Source: a virus. From it: DNA of 64,000 nt. The position numbers and the translations under genes are program-made. The notes under the pieces were generated by a model. That model was given only the letters and a program-made list of their open reading frames with translations. It searched no databases and was not told the origin of the DNA. The stretch lies in IMG/VR virus record IMGVR_UViG_2663763457_000002; one strand, given 5' to 3'. Shown piece after piece: positions 29,865 to 39,204 of this stretch. The number at the start of each line of letters is the position of its first letter. Positions within the stretch are counted from its first letter, which is position 1.

Positions 29865-30100
29865 CCATCCAGGGAAAAGGTCATGTCCCTTTTCAGGAAC
29901 GGGAGCGTCGCCGCAGGGAAAAGGCTGGAGGTTTTCAGGGAAACGGTGGGAATCCCGCTATACGAACCGGGAAAAGGCTGGCTGCCGCTCAGGAAACGGG
30001 TACATCCCGGTACAGAGCTAGGGACGACTGCGGGAGCGGTGCGGGAAATCTTCGGGAGTGCGCCTTACTCTTCGCTCGCCTGAAAATCGCGGGGGAGTGT
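29865..30100 (+). repeat. GGA-dense repeat tract (GGGAAA(A/C)GG-like units)
   Basis: 14 GGA in about 235 nt; related units at 33090-33205. Confidence 0.65.
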
Positions 30101-30163
30101 CGTTCCCTCTTGTGCAGCTGCTGAACTCCATTCTGCCAGACCATCCTCGGGTCTCAAGCGATT

Positions 30164-30373
30164 TCAGTAGGTTTTCGGGGGAGTTTTCTTCTGTTTCTTC
30201 TCTTCTCGCAACCTGCGGGCCAATTGCTTGATTTCTTCATCTCGTGCTTTTTGTTTCTTGCCAAGTGGTGTTTTGGAATGTCTCCATCCGCGCCATGAGC
30301 AGTAAACAATTGTGAAAACAATAAGCACGGCATCCCACGAAAGAAAGCCATTTTTGTAGAGCCAGTCGACCAT
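30164..30373 (-). CDS. Small membrane protein with basic tail
   Basis: One TM segment then K/R-rich; RBS GGGG. Confidence 0.55.
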   Translation of the reverse strand: MVDWLYKNGFLSWDAVLIVFTIVYCSWRGWRHSKTPLGKKQKARDEEIKQLARRLREEKKQKKTPPKTY

Positions 30374-30530
30374 TATATACCCCCATTAGATTGCTTAGGT
30401 TGTACAACTTATGAGTCGCTTCAGCAATGTAAAAATAGTTGCTGCCCTTGATATTATTCTTTTTCGCCTATGTCTTATTGCGATAATAACACCAACAAGA
30501 AAACAACGTGTTTAGACAAAGGAGAAACAC

Positions 30531-30746
30531 ATGTACAAGCATCTGAATATCAGCATCACCCTCTGTGGCGAGGAAGCGTCCTCCGAGTGTGAGATCTCCC
30601 TCGATGATGTTATCCGTTCTCAGGATGTTGCTGGTCGCGTGGCGACGCTCATCTCTGAAGGATACAGAGAAGGGACGTTTGATTTCCATATCGAGGACAA
30701 CCCAATGTCCGTCGCGTGGAACTGCACGACGTCAGAAACCAAGTGA
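30531..30746 (+). CDS. Small acidic hypothetical protein
   Basis: RBS AAGGAG after a repeated promoter element. Confidence 0.75.
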   Translation: MYKHLNISITLCGEEASSECEISLDDVIRSQDVAGRVATLISEGYREGTFDFHIEDNPMSVAWNCTTSETK

Positions 30747-30756
30747 GGGTGAAGAG

Positions 30757-30975
30757 ATGATTAAGATGCCTGTGATGGTTGAGGTGTGGAGCGTGGATTC
30801 CCTGGCTGAGTGCCTGGATGCAGTGGGGCCGGAGTTGTACCGCAAGTTGTGGTCGTTCGTACCAGCTGAAGGGGAATCACCCAAAGGGAAGGAAATCTGG
30901 CACCTGCTCAGTGAAGATGAACAGCGGGAGCTGGTGGATGCGGTACACATCGAGTTCCCGGACGACGAAGATTAA
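30757..30975 (+). CDS. Small acidic hypothetical protein
   Basis: RBS GAGGG; followed by an AGGCCAC hairpin. Confidence 0.7.
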   Translation: MIKMPVMVEVWSVDSLAECLDAVGPELYRKLWSFVPAEGESPKGKEIWHLLSEDEQRELVDAVHIEFPDDED

Positions 30976-31115
30976 GCGTGAGGCCACCAGCACGGTGGCT
31001 TTTTGCTGTTTGCAACCTCCGGGGCAGCGCAGCACCGTAACGCTATGCTTTGTAGCCGTTTTCTCGCTGGTATTATTTACACCAACAAGAAAACAAGTTG
31101 TTTACGGAGTGAATT

Positions 31116-31427
31116 ATGAAAAACGCGATGATCACCAAACTGAGTGCGGGCCAGCCACGTAAAGAAAAGCCAACCGCAATGAGCCAGCTGACCCTCCTCG
31201 ATATCATCGCCAACGGCACTGCCATTCGCCTGTTCAAAGAGACGCTGGTCTCATTCGACAATGGTTCCCGCACGCGTTACGTCATGAGTGTGCGTCGCCA
31301 GAGTGGAAGAGGGTGGATGGCAAAACAGATTATCTGGCCGGAAGGAGAGCTGGAACAGGCGCTACTGGAGGCGAACAAAGCAGCCCAGCAAGAAATCCAG
31401 CGTGCCTCTCTCCTGGCGACAGCCTGA
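31116..31427 (+). CDS. Hypothetical protein
   Basis: RBS GGAG after a repeated element. Confidence 0.72.
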   Translation: MKNAMITKLSAGQPRKEKPTAMSQLTLLDIIANGTAIRLFKETLVSFDNGSRTRYVMSVRRQSGRGWMAKQIIWPEGELEQALLEANKAAQQEIQRASLLATA

Positions 31428-31554
31428 CATGTGCAAAAGCGATTAGTCGACCCTACGACAGCCCCGTTCATCCTTCGGGGCTTTTTTGGTCTCCTGTATT
31501 GTAAGTACATACCTATGACAATAATATAGGTTAGTCAACTACAGGGAGATAAAG

Positions 31555-31950
31555 ATGACTGTTTTACGCGAAAATCTTGTGCTGGATTTACATTATGCGT
31601 CCGAAACCACCTTCGGCGAGAAAGTTGCCAAACTGACCGTCGTTCTGCGTGACAACACTACCGGAACGGAGGTTCACACCAGCACCTTAGTGCGCGAGGG
31701 GGAAGGTGAAAGCGCGGTATACACCGTAGGTTATCAGAACATCAGCAACGCAACCGACCCGCTGCTGCTAAAGCTGGAAGCGTATTTCCGCACCGCGGAC
31801 AAGGCGATGTTCGATAAGCTGATGACCAGAGTCGACACGCTGTTTACCTCTGATTTGAACTCTAACAGCACCTGGATGGGTCAATACGGTCTGCGCATCG
31901 TTTCCAGCGCGATGGTAGACGAATTTATTCCCGAAAGCGTGTTTGAATAA
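31555..31950 (+). CDS. Hypothetical protein
   Basis: Promoter TTGTAA-17-TAATAT; RBS GGGAG. Confidence 0.75.
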   Translation: MTVLRENLVLDLHYASETTFGEKVAKLTVVLRDNTTGTEVHTSTLVREGEGESAVYTVGYQNISNATDPLLLKLEAYFRTADKAMFDKLMTRVDTLFTSDLNSNSTWMGQYGLRIVSSAMVDEFIPESVFE

Positions 31951-32076
31951 TCCCTCCAATGGCGCGTACCCCGCGCCATTTTCTTATCCCCGATAACAAA
32001 ATGTTTTCTGCCTTATCCACACTGCGATAATTAAACAAACAAGAAAACAAAATGTTTACGCATGGAGGATACGCAC

Positions 32077-32358
32077 ATGACCGATTTCACTATCTCACCT
32101 AAAGCTGAAAACGTATGGCTGGAATCCTGGCTCGACCTGTCGCCGGAAGAGCAGCAGGAAATGGATCACGTTGAACAGGACGAACAATGTGATGCCCGCT
32201 TCTTCCGCTTTGAGGACAGCGTTTATGACATTGCCGACTTCATGCGCGATGACCGCTTCCCGGACTGGCACGCAGGCTACCCATTAAATGCCTTCGCCAT
32301 GCTGATGATCCGCGTGGATGGCTCCGGCGATACCATCGACGTCGGTCTGCTCCACTAA
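32077..32358 (+). CDS. Very acidic small protein
   Basis: RBS GGAGG; D/E-rich. Confidence 0.75.
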   Translation: MTDFTISPKAENVWLESWLDLSPEEQQEMDHVEQDEQCDARFFRFEDSVYDIADFMRDDRFPDWHAGYPLNAFAMLMIRVDGSGDTIDVGLLH

Positions 32359-32563
32359 GAGAACGAGGCCACCCATGCTGGTGGCCTTAAATGACCATCC
32401 TGTTTCCCGCAGGCTAAAAACACCCACCTCTTACCGCCAGGCTACCGAACAACCCTCCGACTCCCTGCCGGCCACCAGCAGCCGGAACAGAACGCTTGGA
32501 CGCCTTATGCGCGTAGCGATAATTAAACCAATAAGAAAACAAGTTGTTTAAAGGATTATCACC

Positions 32564-33046
32564 ATGAACTTTATCGCTACTGTTAACACCCCTGCGCATG
32601 GCCATATTTCTGTGACGTTCTCTGATAACGAGAAAAGCGTGCTGGGCGCCTGGCGTGACAATGTAACCATCGAGCTGTCCGGGAAAGAGAAACAGCAGAT
32701 CACCAATGACATAATCTGCAACCGTCGCCATAAGCGCGTATTTGAGAAAGCGTATGTCTCCACCTCCGGATTTGGCGTATTCATCTTCCCGGTACGCAGC
32801 GGTCGCTTCTGCCAGTCAAAACTCATCGAGTTCGCCACGCAGATCGCGCTATGGGTTAAAACAGAATCCGGGTTCGACTTCAGCGAACAGGAAGCAGTGG
32901 GGGAGGGGATGCGTATCGCCAACAACGCCATCAAGTGCAAAAACGTCACCTACGAAGCAGGAATCGACTCGTGGAGTGTCTCGTGCGGGGAATACGTGAA
33001 AGAGGTGTACGGAAAGAACCGCATTCACATTATGGCTGGCAAGTAA
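32564..33046 (+). CDS. Hypothetical protein
   Basis: RBS AAGGA after a repeated element. Confidence 0.75.
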   Translation: MNFIATVNTPAHGHISVTFSDNEKSVLGAWRDNVTIELSGKEKQQITNDIICNRRHKRVFEKAYVSTSGFGVFIFPVRSGRFCQSKLIEFATQIALWVKTESGFDFSEQEAVGEGMRIANNAIKCKNVTYEAGIDSWSVSCGEYVKEVYGKNRIHIMAGK

Positions 33047-33689
33047 GAGGGGTGGGCTGGAAACGCCCCTTTCTTTTCGTCCACCAGCTGCCGCAGGGAA
33101 TTTCAGAAACGGCCAGAGAGCTGTCCGGGGAACCGAAGGGAAACGGCTAGGAAATTTTCGGGAAACGGCTGGGTTTGCCTTTATGTAGAAAACCGAGCGG
33201 GAGAAGCCCAGAATCGCGCCAGAAATTGCGTAGCGGCGCTGGGGTAACGCTGGTGGAGCTTCAGCCCCTGAGCCATCCAGATAGATTTCGCTATGTGATT
33301 ATGTGAATCCGTGGGTAAACCACTGCAAGCGCGTACACGTCGCGCCAACGTGCCAATGATACGCGAGCGCCCACGGATAGCGCCAACATTGCCGACACGT
33401 CCCGAAGGATAGCGCGGATCACGTCGCCAGCTATCGCCAGACGATCACGCCCACGACACGACAAAATAATCCACGCGCTAAAACGCTGTAAAACGCGCTA
33501 TAACGTGTTTTTTATTGTGGGTAATGGGTATGTACCACCACACATAAAAACGCGTTAAATTGGCGCGTTTATGGCGCTTATTTTTGGTCTGTTTTGGCTG
33601 ACTTCAGACAATAAATAACGCGCCAACAATGGCGCGTTATGATGTGCGGATCTTGAAACGAAAAAAGCGCCCACTATGGGCGCTATTGC

Positions 33690-33893
33690 TTAAATGCTGT
33701 TTTGTAGTTTTCCGATCATTTCAGACAAGCGCAAATATTCACGTTTGCGTTTACAGTCTCTTTTGCTGTTAAGTAAATCAGAAAACGTAAAATTTAATTT
33801 GTCACGTTGCGCTTTTAAGTCGTCGATTAATTCAAGTTTATAAGCGCGATATTTTGCGCGATATTCCGCGCGGATCTGGTCATAACTAATCAT
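33690..33893 (-). CDS. Small basic hypothetical protein
   Basis: RBS AAGGA; flanked by GCGCCCA hairpins. Confidence 0.72.
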   Translation of the reverse strand: MISYDQIRAEYRAKYRAYKLELIDDLKAQRDKLNFTFSDLLNSKRDCKRKREYLRLSEMIGKLQNSI

Positions 33894-33943
33894 GATTTTT
33901 ATCCTTAAAACTAGCGCCCATAGTGGGCGCTATATCCATCTAA

Positions 33944-34594
33944 TTACGCTTTGAAAGCATCAGCCAGATAGTTATAAAAATCATTCTTGATAAAGCGATA
34001 TTGCTGTGATCCGTTTTTAGCAGCGCCCATTCCTTTGATCTTCTCGACCAGTCCGAGACGTTCACAAAGATTAATCAGTTGGTTGGCTTGAGTGTAGCCA
34101 GCGTCTAATTTAATTTCATTTTCTTTTTTCGCTTCATTCATCAAATCGAAAACAGCGCCATTTGTGAATGTTTCCAGTTCATCATTAATCATTTCGATTA
34201 ATGCGAATACGCGAGATCCGGACATATCAGCGACGGAATAAACGCATTTACCAGACTTGATAGACTTAACCAGATAAACCAATTTTTCGAGTGAATAGCT
34301 ATTTGTCATAGCTTCACGGAAAAACGCTTCAGGTGCTTGTTTGCTTGCTTTAATCGCGTAGTAAAAGACACCAGCTAATTTCTCATCATTAACAGCGTTT
34401 AAAACGTTGTTGGTGAAGTATGCAAGTTTGGTAGTCGCTGCAAGCATGTTAGCTTTATCTGCTTTTGTGTGCGTACCATTCTGATAATGATTGTTATAAG
34501 TCTGAGTAGCGTTGTTGGCTGCAACTTGCAATTCATTAGCGATAACTACAGCAGCGTCGATGATGGATTTTTTAGAGATAGCAACGTTAGACAT
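33944..34594 (-). CDS. Hypothetical protein, low GC, possible C-terminal winged helix
   Basis: RBS AAGGA; AT-rich promoter region upstream at about 34675-34740. Confidence 0.8.
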   Translation of the reverse strand: MSNVAISKKSIIDAAVVIANELQVAANNATQTYNNHYQNGTHTKADKANMLAATTKLAYFTNNVLNAVNDEKLAGVFYYAIKASKQAPEAFFREAMTNSYSLEKLVYLVKSIKSGKCVYSVADMSGSRVFALIEMINDELETFTNGAVFDLMNEAKKENEIKLDAGYTQANQLINLCERLGLVEKIKGMGAAKNGSQQYRFIKNDFYNYLADAFKA

Positions 34595-34917
34595 GATATT
34601 AATCCTTATGTAATATTGATAACTTAATTTGTTATTTGTTTATCGTTAGCGTGTTCGCTTTCGATGTGACTAATTATCGATATACAGAAATTAAAATCAA
34701 GAGTTTTTTACACGGGAACGAAAAAAATTTTTCTTCAATAAAAATCAAAGTCTTAGAAATAAATCGCGTTTTCTCGAAGGTGTTGCCTAAATAAATTCCC
34801 TATTCGGTCAATCACCCTTATATATTTAAAAAGGAATCGGGATTAGGGGAAATAAATATAACGGGAAGTGACACATAAAATAATAACCGGACTTAGCCGG
34901 TTATTACCCTTATAGAT

Positions 34918-35445
34918 TTAAAACGGTAAAATCCGTTCGACCCAATCGAACATGACGACTGTCTTCCGACCATCCCCCATGTTGAGCGTGACCTGGCAAG
35001 CGTCAACGCCTGAAGACACACCCTCAATTTCACGGCCATCCGCCATGTAGACCCTTATAGACTTCTGCATCTCATGAGCCTGGCGACAAATTTTGAAGAA
35101 ATCACGGCGAGATGGCCGATTGTCCACATAGTCTGGGTGTACCGTTGTCCGACCCGTGAAGTCGTGCGCAATGCCTTCTGTCACACCTGATTCAATCGTG
35201 CTGATTCGCTCAAGTGGGAGCCTTATACGATTTTCTTTGTCGAACGGGGCAGGGCAAAGGTCGACTTTGTTGCGCGACGACATGAGACCCTGAACGTACA
35301 TGCAGAACACCTGACCATCTTCCATCGTGACCCTTACAGGAATGAGAGACTTACGCCAGAACATCAGCGCCTTCTCCACGTTGGTGTAATCGCGTGGCCA
35401 GACTTCTGCAGGAATCCCGTAGGTGATGTCAGTAATATTCGTCAT
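34918..35445 (-). CDS. Hypothetical protein with two Sm/LSm-like (or SH3-like) beta repeats
   Basis: IPVRVTMEDGQVF...LERISTIE and IRVYMADGREIEG...FDWVERILP. Confidence 0.7.
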   Translation of the reverse strand: MTNITDITYGIPAEVWPRDYTNVEKALMFWRKSLIPVRVTMEDGQVFCMYVQGLMSSRNKVDLCPAPFDKENRIRLPLERISTIESGVTEGIAHDFTGRTTVHPDYVDNRPSRRDFFKICRQAHEMQKSIRVYMADGREIEGVSSGVDACQVTLNMGDGRKTVVMFDWVERILPF

Positions 35446-35449
35446 ATCG

Positions 35450-35872
35450 TCACAGTGTCGTTGGTAGGATATCGATGTCACCTGCGTTGCTGGTGAACAC
35501 CCGGAAGACTTTCGTCTCGCCAGCTTTGGTGATCGTCTCGCGTTCCTGACGAGCAGGGTTCAGTGCGCACAGCCCGGCGCCTTCCAGTGAAGCGCCAACA
35601 ATCCATTCTCCGGCATCCAGATGAAAAGTGACTTTTTCACCTGTCTCCAGTTTGGCAACGGTTTCGCCATTGATGAAGATCGATGCGTCGCAACCTGCGC
35701 CCACCATGCTTTTGTCCCTCAGAACCACCAGCGTAGATGCCGCTGGAGATTGGTATTTGAATATTCTGGCCTGCGGTGCTGGCTTTGCATCAGAGACAGA
35801 GACAGGACGAGATTGACATGCAGTGATAAGTAACGCGGAGGTAGCAATCAGAGGAAGTAATGCGTGTTTCAT
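35450..35872 (-). CDS. Lipoprotein
   Basis: Signal peptide MKHALL... with lipobox ITAC. Confidence 0.8.
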   Translation of the reverse strand: MKHALLPLIATSALLITACQSRPVSVSDAKPAPQARIFKYQSPAASTLVVLRDKSMVGAGCDASIFINGETVAKLETGEKVTFHLDAGEWIVGASLEGAGLCALNPARQERETITKAGETKVFRVFTSNAGDIDILPTTL

Positions 35873-35932
35873 TGTACCGAACAAAATCCTTATCTTTACG
35901 AAAAATCATGGCGCCTCAAGGCGCCATAATAC

Positions 35933-36211
35933 TCAATCGAGGCGTTTTAGAATATCGGCCAGATCTTCTTTGGTCATACCCGAGTTTTCGTAAATCTTCA
36001 TGACCTTTTCGCGAGCTTTGGCTGAAGCCTCTAATGATGTAGCCGCCTTATCAAAATCAGCCATCGTCATGTTGGACAGCACCAGATTAATGATGTCTGC
36101 CTTTGACAGTTTTATGTTGCGTTCACGCAGTCGATTCTGAAAGGTTTCCAGCTTGTCGTTTGCTTTTTCGGTTAACTGAACCTGGCAGTGTATAGCGCGT
36201 TTCTCGCTCAT
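35933..36211 (-). CDS. Putative ribbon-helix-helix DNA-binding protein
   Basis: HCQVQLTEKA strand, then helices including LSKADIINLVL. Confidence 0.6.
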   Translation of the reverse strand: MSEKRAIHCQVQLTEKANDKLETFQNRLRERNIKLSKADIINLVLSNMTMADFDKAATSLEASAKAREKVMKIYENSGMTKEDLADILKRLD

Positions 36212-36213
36212 GC

Positions 36214-37773
36214 TTACTCTCTATTCAAAACAGTGAAATCGAATGTGCTACCCACCGGCAATACTCCCTCGGCAAATCCAGGCGTCGTGTCGATAATGTG
36301 CTTCCGCTCATATGAATGCGACATGAGGTATTTGTTGCTCACGTCAATGAAGTCGGTAATAAAGCACACGTTAGCCTGATTCTTTTTGGCTCGAAGACCG
36401 CGACCAACACGTTGGCGCATCTCAACTTCAGCTTTGCCACCACCACCCAGAATCACCGCACCTACGCTTGGAACGTCGACGCCAACATCCAGAATGGTTG
36501 AACCAATCAGAACATCTATCTTGCCTGCCGCCAGACTGTTGAGCTTTGCTTGTCGGGTAGTCTGGTTTGATTCTCCGTAGATGAAATCGACCTTCAGGCC
36601 GCTCTCTTTCATCATTTCCATCAAGATCTGACCATGACGCTTCAGGCGAACCAACGTCATACAGTTCAGACCGTGGCTCTTGTACATTAACGCTTCACGC
36701 ACAATAGCTTCGTTGCGTCCCAGATTATAAACGATGCCTAACTGATAGGCTTTCTGGTAAGCCGTACTCATTCCAACCCGAAAATTCAGGTGTTTTGAAG
36801 CAAGTTCGGCTCTAATCCGCACCTCGTCTGGAGTGTACGCGATTTTATGATATAGAAAGTAGGGTTTGGCTAAAATACCTCGATCGATCAAATATTTCTC
36901 CGTGACCTTTATCTCAATGCGACCAGCAACGGCCATGAGACGCATATTTGCTTCAGTCGAGTCCTTCATGAACGGCGTTGCTGTCAGCGCCAGACGGTAG
37001 TCAGCATTGATGCACAACCGGGCGATGTCGTAGAAGTTAGAACCAGATGATTCGTGTGCCTCTTCCAGAATCAGCAGAGAAACGCTGGACAGGAAGCGTT
37101 TAACCAGTTCCCGGCGCTTCAGGTGGTACTGTTTTTTCTCCGGTGATGCGTCGCGCGGTGGCTCTTCGAGAAAACTAGCCAGGGTCTGCACCGTGGCAAC
37201 GTTGATATGGCGCGAGACCTGGAACTCACCCGATCCAATCACCCCAACTTTCTGACCTTTCAGCCACGGCTCGCCATTCTCCGCGCGGTAGTCGATGGAT
37301 TTCTGGAAGTTCTCTGCCATCTGGAACATCAGAACCGATCGCGTGGTTAAAAACAGCGTCATACGACCAATGCGAGCAGCTGCCTTACACGCTACGTTCG
37401 ATTTACCACCACCCGTCGCAATCTGGGCAATCATCATCCCTTCGCGCACCAGTGTTTCCACAGTCTGATCCTGATACGCATAGTCCGGGTTATACGGGAA
37501 TGGGTTAACTACCGGGTTCGGCTTGCCCAGCGCGGGGGCTTTTTCCTTGCGCACATGCACGCATTTGATGCCAGCTTTCAGAAGGTTGGCCGCTACTGGC
37601 TTCGCAAACCCAGCCGGGAACGCGTTTTTGCTCCAGTTGAACATCGTGCTGGTTCCTTTCCAGTCACCAGCCTCCACTTCATAGCTCAACATCTCCTGAA
37701 CGAGCCGTTTCACGTTGTCATCAGCGCCAGAAATCAGCGCATTGACTGCATTCGATACAATCCGAACTGTCAT
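36214..37773 (-). CDS. Superfamily 2 helicase (DEAD/DEAH-like)
   Basis: IATGGGKS, LEEAH, LTATP, VGVDVP, QRVGRGLR. Confidence 0.92.
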   Translation of the reverse strand: MTVRIVSNAVNALISGADDNVKRLVQEMLSYEVEAGDWKGTSTMFNWSKNAFPAGFAKPVAANLLKAGIKCVHVRKEKAPALGKPNPVVNPFPYNPDYAYQDQTVETLVREGMMIAQIATGGGKSNVACKAAARIGRMTLFLTTRSVLMFQMAENFQKSIDYRAENGEPWLKGQKVGVIGSGEFQVSRHINVATVQTLASFLEEPPRDASPEKKQYHLKRRELVKRFLSSVSLLILEEAHESSGSNFYDIARLCINADYRLALTATPFMKDSTEANMRLMAVAGRIEIKVTEKYLIDRGILAKPYFLYHKIAYTPDEVRIRAELASKHLNFRVGMSTAYQKAYQLGIVYNLGRNEAIVREALMYKSHGLNCMTLVRLKRHGQILMEMMKESGLKVDFIYGESNQTTRQAKLNSLAAGKIDVLIGSTILDVGVDVPSVGAVILGGGGKAEVEMRQRVGRGLRAKKNQANVCFITDFIDVSNKYLMSHSYERKHIIDTTPGFAEGVLPVGSTFDFTVLNRE

Positions 37774-37855
37774 AAACCTCTTTCCTTCGTGCCTTTTGTA
37801 TGGTAATTGGCTATCATAGTAAGTAAGTACTTATACAATGGATTGTATCAGAATT

Positions 37856-38536
37856 ATGGATGTGAAAATTACGATTCTGCAGGTGGAAGTCGCGAACCTG
37901 CGTCCGAATCCCTGGAATACCAACTCCGTTGGGGCGCAAAACTTCGAAAAACTGAAAGGCTCTATCGAAAAATTGGGCTTTTTTAAGCCAATTCTGGCGC
38001 GGGAGCTGGACGGGGGCATTTTTGAGATCCTCGGTGGCGAACACCGCTGGCGTGCCGCGATGGAGCAGGGCATTTCAACGGTTCCCGTCATCTCCGTGGG
38101 CAAAATTAACGACCTGGTGGCCAAACAGATGTCCCTCGTCGATAACGAGCGCTACGGCGAAGACGATCAGGTCGCTTTGCAGCGCTTAATCGAAGAAATC
38201 CAGTCTGAAATCGACTACCGGTTGTCCGATATCGCCCCGTATGACGACGAAATGGCGGCAACACTCGCCAAAGCGTCCGTTATCGATCTTGAAGCGCTGG
38301 AAGCGCTCTCCCGTGGCGATGACGAGCCGGTCGATGAGGACAAACGCGAGAAAACCGAGCGAGTCGGCGCTGAACACCAGACGATGCGCTTCAAGGTGAC
38401 GTTTGATGCGTCAGATCGCGTCGCCGACACCATCAAAACCATCATCAAAGAGCAGGGAATCAATACCGGTAACGAAATGGAGAACGCCGGGGAAGCCCTG
38501 GTGTGGCTGGTCGACTACTACAAGGAGCGTATGTAA
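37856..38536 (+). CDS. ParB/Srx-like N-terminal domain protein 1
   Basis: LRPNPWNTN, SIEKLGFFKPI, ILGGEHRWRAA. Confidence 0.85.
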   Translation: MDVKITILQVEVANLRPNPWNTNSVGAQNFEKLKGSIEKLGFFKPILARELDGGIFEILGGEHRWRAAMEQGISTVPVISVGKINDLVAKQMSLVDNERYGEDDQVALQRLIEEIQSEIDYRLSDIAPYDDEMAATLAKASVIDLEALEALSRGDDEPVDEDKREKTERVGAEHQTMRFKVTFDASDRVADTIKTIIKEQGINTGNEMENAGEALVWLVDYYKERM

Positions 38537-39204
38537 TGACCAAAAACTTTGAAATCGTCTATCGAAACCCGGCAGAACTCATCCCGTATGAGATGAACGC
38601 CAAAAAACATGACGAACAGCAGATCCGCGATCTGGCGGCCGCCATCAAAAAGCGCGGTTTTGACCAGCCGATCACGGTCGACAAGCACGACGTCATCATT
38701 ACTGGCCACGGTCGTCGCGAGGCGGCACTTCTGGCTGGTCTGGAGCGTGTGCCGGTCATCGTTCGCGACGATCTGAGCGAAGAAGAAGTGAAGGCGAAGC
38801 GTCTGGAAGACAACCGCCTGGCCAGTATTGACTACGACGCCATCAAATTGCAGCAGGAACTGGAATCCCTGGTGCTGGGCGACGTCGAGGTCTTCGGTTT
38901 TGAAGAGCGCGAGCTGAACGTGCTTGTCGGCAGCATGACCGAAGAGATGGAAACCGGCTCTCTGGTGCTCGATCTGGGCGAAGAGACGGAGCGCCAGAAA
39001 GAAGAGCACACCGAGATCAGTCGCGAAGTGGCCTCCGAAGAAGTCCGCGTCATCGACGTATTGGGCTTTAAAACGCTCCCTGCTGGCTCTGCCATTGTGG
39101 TTGGGGATTTACTTGCCCACATGGAAGAAATCACGGGAGAGAGCGGGGTAGACGCTTTCGTGGCGTATGCGGAGAAAGTTTCTTCTGGGGAGCTGGCTGC
39201 ATGA
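38536..39204 (+). CDS. ParB/Srx-like N-terminal domain protein 2
   Basis: LIPYEMNAKKH, GFDQPI, IITGHGRREAA, RLEDNRL. Confidence 0.88.
   Translation: MTKNFEIVYRNPAELIPYEMNAKKHDEQQIRDLAAAIKKRGFDQPITVDKHDVIITGHGRREAALLAGLERVPVIVRDDLSEEEVKAKRLEDNRLASIDYDAIKLQQELESLVLGDVEVFGFEERELNVLVGSMTEEMETGSLVLDLGEETERQKEEHTEISREVASEEVRVIDVLGFKTLPAGSAIVVGDLLAHMEEITGESGVDAFVAYAEKVSSGELAA

Noticed and set aside
37856..39204. Plasmid partition parAB locus
   Set aside because: No deviant-Walker ParA is adjacent, the neighbouring ATPase is ABC-type, and the proteins lack an evident ParB HTH.
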